64,000 bases of DNA from Crocinitomicaceae bacterium (GCA_044377675.1 JBILYP010000007.1:32670-96669), one strand, 5' to 3'; numbered from the stretch's first letter, positions 1 to 9,994 are shown. The notes: a model not told the origin generated them from the sequence alone. Made by a program: numbers and translations.

Positions 1-651
1 TTACGCTAAAAGACCGTCCCTAATGGTGATTTTTCTGTCTGCCATATCTGCCAACGTTTCATTGTGCGTTACAATCACAAAAGATTGTTTTAATTCGTCA
101 CGCAGAAAAAAGAATAGCTCGTGTAGTTCTTTCGCGTTTTTGCTATCTAGATTCCCGGATGGTTCATCAGCGAAAATTATTTTTGGACGATTTATTAACG
201 CACGACAAACGGCAATTCGTTGCTGTTCCCCACCAGAAAGTTGGTTTGGTTTGTGTGAGGCTCGCTCTTCAAGACCAAGCATGTGCAATAAGCGAAGTCC
301 TTCTTTTTTTGCATCGGCCATAGAAAGACCTTTAATCAGTGCGGGTAGAATAGCGTTTTCTAGTGCGGTAAATTCGGGTAACAATTGATGGAATTGAAAA
401 ATAAAACCCAACGATTGGTTTCTAAATGCCGCTAATTTATTTTGATTTAACTGGAATGGATTTACATTGTCAATGAGAACCACTCCTTCATCAGGGGTGT
501 CGAGTGTGCCAAGTATTTGCAATAAAGTGGTTTTCCCTGCTCCAGAAGATCCAACAATAGAGACCACTTCTTGCTGGGTGATCTCTAAATCAATTCCTTT
601 GAGAATTGAAAGTTCACCATACGATTTTATAAGTCCAGTGGCTTTAAGCAT
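1..651 (-). CDS. ABC transporter ATP-binding protein (LolD-like lipoprotein-release type)
   Basis: Walker [12 protein letters not shown] signature LSGGEQQR and Walker B IIFADEP. Complete 216-aa ORF with TAA stop at 1-3. Its ATG overlaps the ribBA stop by 8 nt. Confidence 0.9.
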   Translation of the reverse strand: MLKATGLIKSYGELSILKGIDLEITQQEVVSIVGSSGAGKTTLLQILGTLDTPDEGVVLIDNVNPFQLNQNKLAAFRNQSLGFIFQFHQLLPEFTALENAILPALIKGLSMADAKKEGLRLLHMLGLEERASHKPNQLSGGEQQRIAVCRALINRPKIIFADEPSGNLDSKNAKELHELFFFLRDELKQSFVIVTHNETLADMADRKITIRDGLLA

Positions 652-1873
652 TGGTTGAATTATCCATTTTTAATGAATGGCCCATTTTGTCTCGTTTGGT
701 GCGTAAATAACTTTCATTATGTTTATTACTCTCGATTTCGATCGCAACATTTTCAACAATCTCTAGTCCATAGCCAATTAAACCGGATCTTTTTTTCGGA
801 TTATTAGAAATGAGTCTCATTTTTGAGACACCTAAATCGCGTAAGATTTGTGCGCCAATACCATAATCGCGTTGGTCTGCTTTGAATCCGAGTTCGATAT
901 TTGCTTCTAGTGTATCTAGTCCTTGCTCTTGCAGTTTGTATGCCTTTAGCTTATTCATTAAACCAATTCCTCGGCCTTCTTGGTTCATATATAAAATAAC
1001 GCCTTTTCCTTCTTTTTCAATGAGCTCCATTGCTTTGTGTAACTGAGGTCCGCAATCACAGCGGCATGAACCAAAAATATCTCCAGTCAAACAAGATGAG
1101 TGAACACGAACCAAAACGGCTTCGTCTTTGGCCCATGAACCTTTCACTAGCGCTAAGTTATCTTGACCCGTATTTCTTTCTTTGTAGGCGAAAAGTTGAA
1201 AATCACCAAATTCGGTAGGAAGATGCACATCAACAATTCGATCAATAAGTGATTCATGCTTGATGCGGTAATCAATTAGGTCAGCTATAGAAATAATTTT
1301 TAAATCAAATTTTTGAGCAATTTCAATCAGTTGTGGTAATCGTGCCATTGTACCATCTTCATTCAAGATTTCTACAATCACACCAGCTGGTTCAAATCCT
1401 GCGAGGCGCGCTAAGTCAACTGCAGCCTCTGTGTGTCCTGCTCTTCTAAGTACACCACCATCTTTGGCGCGGAGAGGAAATATATGTCCGGGTCTACCCA
1501 AGTCCTCTGCCTGAATGGTTTCATCAATCAACGCTAAAATAGTTTTGGAACGATCACTGGTTGATATTCCAGTTGAACAACCATGACCATTTAGATCGAC
1601 AGAAATAGTGAATGGTGTCTCGTAGGTGGCTGAATTATGTTGAACCATTAAATCTAGTTCTAATTCTTTACATCGTTCTTGAGTGAGGGGGGCACAAATT
1701 AATCCACGACCGTGTGTTGCCATGAAATTTACGACATCTGGTGTTGCGTTTCGAGCTGCGGTCAAAAAATCACCTTCATTCTCCCTATCCTCGTCATCCA
1801 CCACGATAACTACTCTTCCTGCTTGAATTTCAGCAATTGCTTCTTCAATGCTATTTAATTTAAAATCTTGCAT
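644..1873 (-). CDS. ribBA: bifunctional 3,4-dihydroxy-2-butanone-4-phosphate synthase / GTP cyclohydrolase II
   Basis: DHBP synthase motif [11 protein letters not shown] and GTP cyclohydrolase II zinc motif [18 protein letters not shown]. First ATG is at 1873; the track start at 1879 is TTG. Confidence 0.93.
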   Translation of the reverse strand: MQDFKLNSIEEAIAEIQAGRVVIVVDDEDRENEGDFLTAARNATPDVVNFMATHGRGLICAPLTQERCKELELDLMVQHNSATYETPFTISVDLNGHGCSTGISTSDRSKTILALIDETIQAEDLGRPGHIFPLRAKDGGVLRRAGHTEAAVDLARLAGFEPAGVIVEILNEDGTMARLPQLIEIAQKFDLKIISIADLIDYRIKHESLIDRIVDVHLPTEFGDFQLFAYKERNTGQDNLALVKGSWAKDEAVLVRVHSSCLTGDIFGSCRCDCGPQLHKAMELIEKEGKGVILYMNQEGRGIGLMNKLKAYKLQEQGLDTLEANIELGFKADQRDYGIGAQILRDLGVSKMRLISNNPKKRSGLIGYGLEIVENVAIEIESNKHNESYLRTKRDKMGHSLKMDNSTNA

Positions 1874-1998
1874 AATCAATACAAATGTACAACATAAAAC
1901 GGCTCATTATGTTGTGTTTTGAGGTTCGAATACTAATTTTGGTGCAATCGAGAAAAATCGACCGATCAATTTCAGTTTCCTTTTTTAATTTTGCTAAA

Positions 1999-3102
1999 AT
2001 GAAAAATAGTACGATAAATCAAATCACCGCTTATCTGGAACAACTTGTTCCGTTGGCTAGCCAAGAATCCTACGACAATTGCGGATTGTTGGTAGGAGAA
2101 AAAAATACGGAGGTGACCAATGTGCTTATTTCACTAGATTGCACCGAACAGATTGTGGAAGAGGCGATTCAAAAAAATTGTCAGTTGATTATTTCCCATC
2201 ATCCTTTACTATTCAAAGGAATAAAAAAGTTAACTGGTGGAGATTATGTTCAGCGCACCTTGATTAAATGCATTCAAAACAATATTGCTATTTATGCGAT
2301 ACACACCAATTTGGATAATTATCGGTTCGGAGTTAATTATGAAATAAGTAATCGACTCAACTTGATGAATGCTCAAATAGTACTTCCCAAAAATCAATCT
2401 TTATCAAAGCTTGTTACGTATGTTCCCCTGAGTCACGTGGATGAGGTGACAAATACATTATTTACCGCTGGAGCTGGAAGAATTGGGAACTATGAAGAAT
2501 GTCATTTTCGTACAGTCGGTTCTGGCACATACAAACCAGGAGAAATGGCAAACCCATTTGAAGGAACTCTTGATCAGCGAAGTGTTGTGGAGGAGGTAAA
2601 GATTGAGTTTGTGGTAGAAAATTCCCGAATCAATTTTATAGTGAATCAATTATTGTTGGTTCATCCATACGAGGAGGTTGCCTATGATGTTGTTGCTTTG
2701 CAAAATTCGAATGCACATGAGGGAGCAGGAATGATTGGCGAATTGCAAGAACCGATGGAAGAAATCGAATTTATTAAAAACGTAAAAGAGATTTTTCAGT
2801 GTGGAGTGGTTAAATATACTCGTTTGTTGAATAAACCAATTAAAAAAGTGGCTGTTTGCGGTGGATCGGGTAGTTTTTTAGTACAACAAGCCATTGCTCA
2901 GGGTGCAGATGTATTTGTTACTTCAGACATGAAATACCACGAGTTTTTTGATGCTGATGACCGAATATTGATCTTAGATATTGGGCATTATGAAAGCGAA
3001 CAATATACAAAACATTTAATTGCTGATATTCTTAAGAAAAATTTTACTAACTTTGCAATCCATTTAACGGAACGAAATACGAATCCAATAAATTACTGGT
3101 AA
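1999..3102 (+). CDS. Nif3-like dinuclear metal centre protein (GTP cyclohydrolase 1 type 2 homologue)
   Basis: ISHHPLLF and IHTNLD metal-site motifs, with an inserted PII-like domain. Trimmed to MKNSTINQ at 1999; the 38-aa track extension looks non-coding. Confidence 0.85.
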   Translation: MKNSTINQITAYLEQLVPLASQESYDNCGLLVGEKNTEVTNVLISLDCTEQIVEEAIQKNCQLIISHHPLLFKGIKKLTGGDYVQRTLIKCIQNNIAIYAIHTNLDNYRFGVNYEISNRLNLMNAQIVLPKNQSLSKLVTYVPLSHVDEVTNTLFTAGAGRIGNYEECHFRTVGSGTYKPGEMANPFEGTLDQRSVVEEVKIEFVVENSRINFIVNQLLLVHPYEEVAYDVVALQNSNAHEGAGMIGELQEPMEEIEFIKNVKEIFQCGVVKYTRLLNKPIKKVAVCGGSGSFLVQQAIAQGADVFVTSDMKYHEFFDADDRILILDIGHYESEQYTKHLIADILKKNFTNFAIHLTERNTNPINYW

Positions 3103-3105
3103 TAC

Positions 3106-3852
3106 ATGGCAGCAAAAGCAGCAAAAAAAGAAATAAGCGTAGCAGATAGACTAGACGCATTGTTTCAACTTCAAAAAATCGATTCTGATATCGATAAAAT
3201 TCGTACGATTCGTGGTGAATTACCGCTAGAAGTGCAAGACTTAGAAGATGAAGTAGCAGGTCTTCAAACTCGAATTTCGAATTTCGAATCGGAATTAAAA
3301 GAGTTAGAAACTGAGATTTCTGATCGTAAGAACGCTTCAAAAGAATCTGAAAGTGCTATTTTAAAGTACAAAGAGCAACAAAATAACGTTAGAAATAATC
3401 GTGAATATGATTCTTTGTCTAAAGAAATTGAATTTCAAGAATTAGAAATAAAATTGCACGAGAAAAAGACCAAAGAGGCGAGATTTAAAGTGGAGTCTAA
3501 GCAAGAAGTTCTTGAAACGGCAAAACAACAACTGGATTTTCGAACTGCTGATTTAGCAACGAAAAAAGCAGAGTTGGATGCAATTATTGCTGAAACGCAA
3601 GTGGATGAAGACCGATTATTAAAGTCGTCTGAAAACGCAAAGAAAAATATTGAAGAAAGATTGTTATTTGCATACGACCGATTGAGAACCAATGCAAAAA
3701 ATGGACTTGCAGTTGTTCCTGTTGATAGAGATGCTTGTGGTGGTTGTTTTAATAAAATTCCTGCTCAACGTCAACTTGATATTGAAACAAAAAAGAAAAT
3801 TATTGTGTGTGAGCACTGCGGACGAATTCTTTATCCAAAGATTGCATCTTAA
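3106..3852 (+). CDS. coiled-coil protein with C-terminal C4 zinc ribbon (COG1579/DUF164-like)
   Basis: Long heptad-rich Glu/Lys region followed by CGGC...x...CEHCGRIL. It sits 3 nt after the Nif3-like gene, which is a widely conserved pairing. Confidence 0.8.
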   Translation: MAAKAAKKEISVADRLDALFQLQKIDSDIDKIRTIRGELPLEVQDLEDEVAGLQTRISNFESELKELETEISDRKNASKESESAILKYKEQQNNVRNNREYDSLSKEIEFQELEIKLHEKKTKEARFKVESKQEVLETAKQQLDFRTADLATKKAELDAIIAETQVDEDRLLKSSENAKKNIEERLLFAYDRLRTNAKNGLAVVPVDRDACGGCFNKIPAQRQLDIETKKKIIVCEHCGRILYPKIAS

Positions 3853-3865
3853 ATTAACATATAGA

Positions 3866-3892
3866 AAGCCGTCGTAAGACGGTTTTTTTTTG
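3866..3892 (+). terminator. intrinsic terminator
   Basis: Stem CCGTC / GACGG with GTAA loop, followed by a T9 run, directly after the zinc-ribbon gene stop. Confidence 0.7.
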
Positions 3893-3906
3893 GAATAAAT
3901 TGACCT

Positions 3907-5133
3907 ATGAAATTCAAAGATTATCCAATTCATCAGGAAATAAAAGATCAACTTGATCGATTGGGATTTGTTCGGCCTACGGATATTCAATACCGCGCAA
4001 TTCAACCGATTTTGGATGGAGAAGATGTTATGGCCGTTGCCCAAACAGGTACGGGTAAGACAGCGGCATTTGTTATTCCAGTAATTGAGAAAATCATCCG
4101 TTCCAAAGCAAAACACAGAGAAACTCATATTCAATGCCTCGTGATGGTTCCTACTAGGGAATTGGCTAAACAAATTGCTTCTGTTTTCCATGAAATTGGA
4201 AAGAATTCGAAAGTGAAAACACTTGGATTAATTGGTGGTGTTGAGCAAGAATCACAAATAAAATCGCTGCAAAATAATGTAGATGTTTTGGTTACGACTC
4301 CTGGAAGAATGTTTGATTTAATTTCTCAAGGATTTATTAAACTCGATAAAATTCAGGTGCTTGTGCTTGATGAAGCGGATTTAATGCTCGATCTAGGCTT
4401 TCATAAGGATATCAAGGATATCATGAGACACATTCCATCCAAACGTCAAACACTTTTTTTTACGGCAACGATCGATAAAAAAATTAAAAAACTGGCCTAC
4501 GAAGTGGTGAAAGATGCCCTGCGTATTCAATTTTCTCCAAATAATCCTGTTGCTGGAAAAGTAGATCATTCGGTGGCATTTATTGAGATGGATGATAAAC
4601 GATTTTTTCTTGAAAATATCCTAAAAGAGTATGAGACTGGAAAATTTATTGTTTTTGTCCGTACCAAGGTTAGGGCTGAACGTGTTGATGCTGCTATGGT
4701 TCGTGCCGGGTTGAAAGTTGAGTCGCTACATGGTGGAATGGATCAAAAAAAACGATTTGAATTATTGGATCGCTTTCGTTCAGGAGAAAACAATGTGCTA
4801 ATTACAACCGATGTGGCCGCTCGTGGAATAGATATTCCGGATGTTGATTATGTGATTAATTATGATTTACCCGAAAATCCTGAAAATTATGTTCATCGCT
4901 GCGGAAGAACTGGTCGAGGAAATCGCCAAGGTCAAGCAATCGCTTTTTGTAGTCCAGATGAAAAGATTCTCATTGATGCGATAGAAACCTATACAGGTGA
5001 TCAAATTGAAGTATATCATTTAAAGCAAGATGAGTATCGTTGGATAATTAACGACGCCGAGGACACCAGTTATAACTGGCAAAAATTATTGAACGAGGCA
5101 AATAAGGAAGACGGAAAAGAAGAAGAATGGTAA
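3907..5133 (+). CDS. DEAD-box ATP-dependent RNA helicase
   Basis: Motif I AQTGTGKT, motif II VLDEADLMLD and motif VI HRCGRTGRG. Acidic/basic C-terminal tail. Confidence 0.92.
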   Translation: MKFKDYPIHQEIKDQLDRLGFVRPTDIQYRAIQPILDGEDVMAVAQTGTGKTAAFVIPVIEKIIRSKAKHRETHIQCLVMVPTRELAKQIASVFHEIGKNSKVKTLGLIGGVEQESQIKSLQNNVDVLVTTPGRMFDLISQGFIKLDKIQVLVLDEADLMLDLGFHKDIKDIMRHIPSKRQTLFFTATIDKKIKKLAYEVVKDALRIQFSPNNPVAGKVDHSVAFIEMDDKRFFLENILKEYETGKFIVFVRTKVRAERVDAAMVRAGLKVESLHGGMDQKKRFELLDRFRSGENNVLITTDVAARGIDIPDVDYVINYDLPENPENYVHRCGRTGRGNRQGQAIAFCSPDEKILIDAIETYTGDQIEVYHLKQDEYRWIINDAEDTSYNWQKLLNEANKEDGKEEEW

Positions 5134-5151
5134 AGATTTAAATTTCTTTTT

Positions 5152-5159
5152 TATCTTTG
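5152..5159 (+). promoter_or_regulatory. candidate Bacteroidota -7 promoter box (TATCTTTG)
   Basis: Exact match to TAnnTTTG, 26 nt upstream of the ATG at 5185. Confidence 0.35.
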
Positions 5160-5184
5160 TGTAGAATTATTCTAAATAACAACA

Positions 5185-5328
5185 ATGTCCAAAATTGAAT
5201 TAATAGAATTAACTACATTTAGTCGAGATAAAGTTCGAACGATTGAATGCTGCGACAAGAAAAAAAAGTGTTGCAAAAAATACAAATCCAAGGGTTATCC
5301 ATGTAATAAATGTCCAAAATTTGATTAG
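5185..5328 (+). CDS. small Lys/Cys-rich protein (47 aa), not in the ORF track
   Basis: ATG..TAG ORF translated by hand: MSKIELIELTTFSRDKVRTIECCDKKKKCCKKYKSKGYPCNKCPKFD. Cys pattern is CC-x5-CC-x9-C-x2-C. A -7 box lies upstream and the next gene starts 9 nt after the stop. Confidence 0.5.
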   Translation: MSKIELIELTTFSRDKVRTIECCDKKKKCCKKYKSKGYPCNKCPKFD

Positions 5329-5337
5329 TTTCGATTC

Positions 5338-5871
5338 ATGAAATTAATCGTTTTTTTTGTCGTATTTATTATCGCTCACGCCAGTTTAAGTCAACAGACT
5401 GATTTTAATTCTCCGAATCTATATCCTCAAAAAACAATTTCGCAATCATTTTCGATTCAAAAGTTTGACATTTTTTCTCATTTTCATTTTTCGATGCGAA
5501 ACAAGCAGTTGAATTATTCCGCAGGTTTAGGAATTGGATTAAATCGGACAATCTACCAAAATCGATTTTTTCCTGAGTTGAGTTTTGGGTTATCATACGG
5601 GTTCAGGGCAACGAAAAATGAGAAAAAGTCAACTGTTTTTTTTGGACCAGAAGTCCGTTTGACGCACGCTTTGTTGCGGGTAAATGAACTACACCAATTT
5701 TCAACTTTTTTATTCGGTTATTATTTTCAAGTGGGTAGAAAATTACTGTTTATTCATCGAGCTGGATTTGGAGGACTTTTGGAGAATTTTAAACTTTCTT
5801 CTGGTCGGTATATTCATGCGGCAACTAGTGCTTATCATGGCTCAATTGGAATAGGTTATGCGTTGGATTAG
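5338..5871 (+). CDS. hypothetical secreted protein, possibly a small outer-membrane beta-barrel
   Basis: N-terminal signal peptide (FIIAHASLSQQ) and alternating aromatic/Gly-rich beta-like segments. No recognisable motif. Confidence 0.55.
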   Translation: MKLIVFFVVFIIAHASLSQQTDFNSPNLYPQKTISQSFSIQKFDIFSHFHFSMRNKQLNYSAGLGIGLNRTIYQNRFFPELSFGLSYGFRATKNEKKSTVFFGPEVRLTHALLRVNELHQFSTFLFGYYFQVGRKLLFIHRAGFGGLLENFKLSSGRYIHAATSAYHGSIGIGYALD

Positions 5872-6658
5872 TTATCTTTTAGTTGTTCTATTGTTCAACG
5901 GCTGTACGAAAAAGTCAAATTTTTCTATAGTTGAGGTTGTTGGCCATGCTGGAATGGGATTATCCATGGGTAATTCGATGTTTCATGACAATTCCAAAGA
6001 AGCAATCGAATTTGCACTTCAAATGCCGGGTTGCGATGGGGTGGAGGTGGATGTTCAACTTTCAATGGATGGCGATTTGTGGTTGTATCACGATACAAAA
6101 CTTGAAACGGAAACGACCAGTGAGGGATGTTTAAATTCTAGAACTAATGAAGAATTACAGGGAGTAAGGTATAAGTCACTCCATCAAGAAAAATTAATCC
6201 GATTATCCGATTTAAATCCCGCTCTTTTGATGGGAAAAATACTTTACTTAGATATCCGCCATACAAATACTTGTTTGAATCAAGTCATTACGGCCGGAAC
6301 GTTGATTAATGCATTAAATGCTATTGATTTTCTTCACCAAGAAGGAATTCAAGTGCGATTAGTTTCAAATAACAGCAACTTAATCTCCCAATTATTGGAT
6401 GCTTTTTACGTAGTATATTGCGATGCAATTACATTTGATAATGCTCAAAGTATCTTGCTAAATAATCCTTTGGTGCAGGGCATTGTTATTAGAAATGCTG
6501 CTATAAATAAAGAAGAAGTTCAAGCCATAAAGATTTCGGGGAAAAAGGTAGTGCTGTATGAAATGCGTTCAGCGGTGGGTATTCGAAAAGCATTGAACAA
6601 AAATCCAGATTCAATTATGCCAGATGATTTACGAGAGGCGATTATCGAAACAAATTAA
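5858..6658 (+). CDS. glycerophosphodiester phosphodiesterase family lipoprotein
   Basis: Lipobox LFNGC. GDPD-like motifs GHAG...NSKEAIEFA...GVEVDVQLSMDGDLWLYHD. Overlaps the upstream ORF by 14 nt. Confidence 0.7.
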   Translation: MRWISYLLVVLLFNGCTKKSNFSIVEVVGHAGMGLSMGNSMFHDNSKEAIEFALQMPGCDGVEVDVQLSMDGDLWLYHDTKLETETTSEGCLNSRTNEELQGVRYKSLHQEKLIRLSDLNPALLMGKILYLDIRHTNTCLNQVITAGTLINALNAIDFLHQEGIQVRLVSNNSNLISQLLDAFYVVYCDAITFDNAQSILLNNPLVQGIVIRNAAINKEEVQAIKISGKKVVLYEMRSAVGIRKALNKNPDSIMPDDLREAIIETN

Positions 6659-7866
6659 TCGGGGTAAAGTAAATAATTGGCCCTCATTTTTTTAAATGAA
6701 TCTAGTCCTGGTTGCCAAGATTTTCTGATTTCTTTTACGGAAACGTTTTTTTCAAGTTGATTTTTTAGGGTTGAATTACCAGCAAGTTTATTGAAAAAGC
6801 TTGGTGAATTAATAAAAACATCGCGACTTCCCAACTGTTTTTTAGCTTGAAAAAGTACGTCAATATCTAGTTCAAAAAGGGGCATGTTTACTTTTTGAGA
6901 AACATCAACTCCTTGACAAAGCTGATTCATGAATGGTGGATTTTTAGACCCCAATCGCGGTGTTGGTGTAAAAGTAAAGCCTGTTTTTGTGAATTTCGGG
7001 TGGCCAAATATTTCAAACGGTCTTTCAGTTCCTCTTCCAACGCTAATGGTCGTGCCTTCAAATAAACAAAGACTCGGATAAAAAGCAATAGACTTATCTG
7101 TTTGTAAATTGGGTGATGGTGCTATCGGTAAGGAATAGAAGGTGTCGTGGGAATAGTTTTTACAGGAGATAACCCCTAGCGAACATAAAACACCATTCTT
7201 TAACCACTTTTCTCCATTAATCATAAGCGCATATTCACCGATTGTCATTCCGTAAACAATAGGTACCGGATGCATTCCCACAAACGAGGAGAATGCCGGT
7301 TCTAAAATTGGGCCATCTATATAATGTCCGTTGGGATTTGGTTTATCCAGAACAATCAACTTTTTGTTGTTTTCTGCACAGGCTTCCATCACGTAGTGAA
7401 GCGTTGAAATATAGGTGTAAAAACGTGCACCAACATCTTGAATGTCATACATTACTACATCTATATCAGCGAGCTGCTCGGCTGTTGGTTTTGAATTTGA
7501 ACCATACAAGGAAATAATCCGAAGCCCTGATTTTTTATCCGTTTCGTTGGCAACGTGTTCGCCATTATCCGCCACTCCACGAAAACCATGTTCGGGCGCA
7601 AAAACTTTTTTAACTTGAATTCCTAAAGCGAGCAAAGTATCCACTAAATGTGTTTTTCCAATAATCGAAGTTTGATTCCCAACTACCGCAACACGTTTAT
7701 TTTCTAGCAGGGGAAGATACAATTCTGTTTGTTGATTGCCAAGCGTAATTTGGGCTGATTTAAGCACTTTAATTCTGGAATGAATAGTATCTGATGGGCT
7801 TTTTGTGGCCCCGAATGAGCAGGAAGAAATTAAAATGAATAAAAAACACATGCTACTCAATAGCAT
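6655..7866 (-). CDS. DUF1343 family protein (NamZ-like exo-beta-N-acetylmuramidase)
   Basis: Motifs VGNQTS, APEHGFRG and YDIQDVGARFYTYIST. Trimmed to MLLSSMCFLFILISSCS (lipobox). Confidence 0.75.
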   Translation of the reverse strand: MLLSSMCFLFILISSCSFGATKSPSDTIHSRIKVLKSAQITLGNQQTELYLPLLENKRVAVVGNQTSIIGKTHLVDTLLALGIQVKKVFAPEHGFRGVADNGEHVANETDKKSGLRIISLYGSNSKPTAEQLADIDVVMYDIQDVGARFYTYISTLHYVMEACAENNKKLIVLDKPNPNGHYIDGPILEPAFSSFVGMHPVPIVYGMTIGEYALMINGEKWLKNGVLCSLGVISCKNYSHDTFYSLPIAPSPNLQTDKSIAFYPSLCLFEGTTISVGRGTERPFEIFGHPKFTKTGFTFTPTPRLGSKNPPFMNQLCQGVDVSQKVNMPLFELDIDVLFQAKKQLGSRDVFINSPSFFNKLAGNSTLKNQLEKNVSVKEIRKSWQPGLDSFKKMRANYLLYPD

Positions 7867-7897
7867 TATGTAACTTTGAATCCTAAAATGAAAATAG

Positions 7898-9586
7898 TTG
7901 CCGTCTGAATTTTTCATAGCACGCAAGTTAATTAAATCCGAAGTACAAGGTAAGAAACTTTCGCGTCCGATTGTTCGAATTTCGATAATAAGTATTGCAC
8001 TTGCAATTGTTGTAAACTTATTAACTCTCGCCGTAGTTAAAGGGTTTCAACAAGAGGTTCGACATAAAATAACCGGTTTTGGCGCTCATTTTTTTATAAA
8101 AATGGTAGGCGACGCTACTCCCTATGAAACACCACCTATTCCAATCAATCATCCGGCTTTTGATCAGCTAAAAACCATCCCAAACTTATCTGGCATCTAT
8201 CCCGTTGCATACAAGCCGGCGTTGCTTCAATCAAAAAATACAGACAGTAAAATAAGATTGGCATCCGGAAAAGACTCATTAATAAATAAACAAGATATTT
8301 TAGGAGTGATTTTTAAAGGCTTGTCGCATCCCAATCATTGGAGTTTCTTCAAAGAGAATTTGGTGGAAGGTGTAATTCCTAAATTCTCAAAATCAGCTGA
8401 TATAGAGCCTGTTGTGCTTTCAAAAAAAACGGCAAAGTTGCTAGGTTTTAAATTAAATGATACCGTTGATGCTTTTTTTGTGCGCAATACACCAGTGAAA
8501 CGCCAATTTGTAATATCAGGGATTTACTCAACCGGTTTGGAGGAGTTTGACGAAAAAATCGTGTTAACGAATATTCCTATTGTGCAGGAGCTCAATGATT
8601 GGGGATTGAACGCAACTATTAGAATTGCTGATACATTATCCCATGGTTCTTTGCTCATAAAGGCCGATGTGAGTGGTGACAATGGAACTTGTTTATATGA
8701 TTGGGGAAAGGGATTTCAGCGGTTTAATATGTTTGAATTTTACCCAACGAAGGACACATTAATTCGATTGATAACGGAAGAAATTCAACTAGGTTCCACC
8801 AAAACAAAATCTTCTGTGGCAGATACATCATATTTACAAATAAAGGTGAATGGACTTCCTTCAGGTAAATTTATGTTGGATGAAAATACTGAACTAACCC
8901 GCAAGTATTTAGACAATGAAGGAAATCATTATCAGTTGTTTACTGAAAATAAAAGTGTAATTGAGTGCCGTCAGATCGACGGAGCTTCTGCCAATTTAGG
9001 GTATGTTAGCGGTTTTGAAATCACCATTCAGAAGTGGAACGAATTGGATTTAATGTCTATTAAACTCAAGCAATTAATCGAAATGATTCCAGATGATGCT
9101 GGCTCATTGTTGCAAGTAAACAGTATTCAAGATACCGAAAAGGAACTCTTCCTATGGCTGGGGTTTCTAGATATTAATGTGTTCATCATTATCGTTCTCA
9201 TGTTGCTGATTGGAGTAATAAATATGGGTTCTGCTATGCTTGTACTTATCGTGGTTCGAACTAATTTTATTGGAATGCTAAAGGCACTTGGAGCTACCAA
9301 TTGGACTATTCGTAAAATCTTTCTCATTCAAGCTGGTTTCTTGATGTTGCGCGGCATGTTTTGGGGGAATTTAATTGGATTGAGTTTGTGCTTAATTCAA
9401 AAATATACAGGAGTGATTTCGTTAAATCCAGAAGTGTATTATCTTTCACAAGTACCGATCGAACTGGATGTTTGGCATTTTGTTGGCCTAAACTTGGGAA
9501 CCATTGTTATCTGTTTGTCAGCGCTTGTTTTACCGAGTTTTGTAATTACTCGAATAAACCCAGTTAAAGCAATTCGGTTTGATTAA
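7898..9586 (+). CDS. FtsX/LolE-like ABC transporter permease with an enlarged periplasmic domain
   Basis: LolC/E-type N-terminus FFIARKLIKS...RPIVRISIISIALAIVV and a C-terminal FtsX 3-TM bundle ending in INPVKAIRFD. TTG start, with no in-frame ATG nearby. At 562 aa it is longer than the roughly 400-415 aa I recall for LolC/E. Confidence 0.8.
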   Translation: MPSEFFIARKLIKSEVQGKKLSRPIVRISIISIALAIVVNLLTLAVVKGFQQEVRHKITGFGAHFFIKMVGDATPYETPPIPINHPAFDQLKTIPNLSGIYPVAYKPALLQSKNTDSKIRLASGKDSLINKQDILGVIFKGLSHPNHWSFFKENLVEGVIPKFSKSADIEPVVLSKKTAKLLGFKLNDTVDAFFVRNTPVKRQFVISGIYSTGLEEFDEKIVLTNIPIVQELNDWGLNATIRIADTLSHGSLLIKADVSGDNGTCLYDWGKGFQRFNMFEFYPTKDTLIRLITEEIQLGSTKTKSSVADTSYLQIKVNGLPSGKFMLDENTELTRKYLDNEGNHYQLFTENKSVIECRQIDGASANLGYVSGFEITIQKWNELDLMSIKLKQLIEMIPDDAGSLLQVNSIQDTEKELFLWLGFLDINVFIIIVLMLLIGVINMGSAMLVLIVVRTNFIGMLKALGATNWTIRKIFLIQAGFLMLRGMFWGNLIGLSLCLIQKYTGVISLNPEVYYLSQVPIELDVWHFVGLNLGTIVICLSALVLPSFVITRINPVKAIRFD

Positions 9587-9957
9587 TTCGCTTTTTTCTT
9601 AATCGCAGCTGCTTCACTTTTCTTATTCAACTCTTCCGTTCTTTGTGCTAGATTTTTACTGATTTCAGCCCAATCCTTGCAAGTGGTTATTTCTTTACCG
9701 TGTTTACAGGCTTTATTCACTTCTTTCTGCTTGGCAAGTAATGCGTTCCAACGGGTCATTAGTTTTGCTGTATCAATGTCTTTGCTATCTTTTCCAATAT
9801 TCGATTCTTGAATATCCAATCTTTCTGTTATTATCAGTTCGGCAGCTTTCAAACAATCACAGGCTGTTTTAAGTTCTTTTGGATCAATTTTATCAACTTG
9901 ATTGCCACATGCGAAAAGCACTGAAATTAAACTAATTGCCCAGAAAAATTTATTCAT
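9583..9957 (-). CDS. small helical Cys-containing lipoprotein (paralogue A)
   Basis: Lipobox LFACG, then CDC...C...C spacing, Lys/Glu-rich. Shares its layout with the ORF at 10045-10341. Confidence 0.6.
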   Translation of the reverse strand: MNKFFWAISLISVLFACGNQVDKIDPKELKTACDCLKAAELIITERLDIQESNIGKDSKDIDTAKLMTRWNALLAKQKEVNKACKHGKEITTCKDWAEISKNLAQRTEELNKKSEAAAIKKKAN

Positions 9958-9994
9958 TATAGATTGATTTGATACAAAGTTAGAATTTTAATTC

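Noticed and set aside
1874-1998. FMN riboswitch upstream of ribBA.
   Set aside because: The interval is too short and AT-rich, and it lacks the conserved GC-rich RFN core helices. Only a simple hairpin is present.
1885-1998. N-terminal extensions offered by the ORF track for several genes (1885, 16842, 21637, 35113, 41640, 7926, 13892).
   Set aside because: The extensions are compositionally non-protein-like or overlap the upstream gene. Internal ATGs give canonical family N-termini and tidy 1-4-nt gene junctions.
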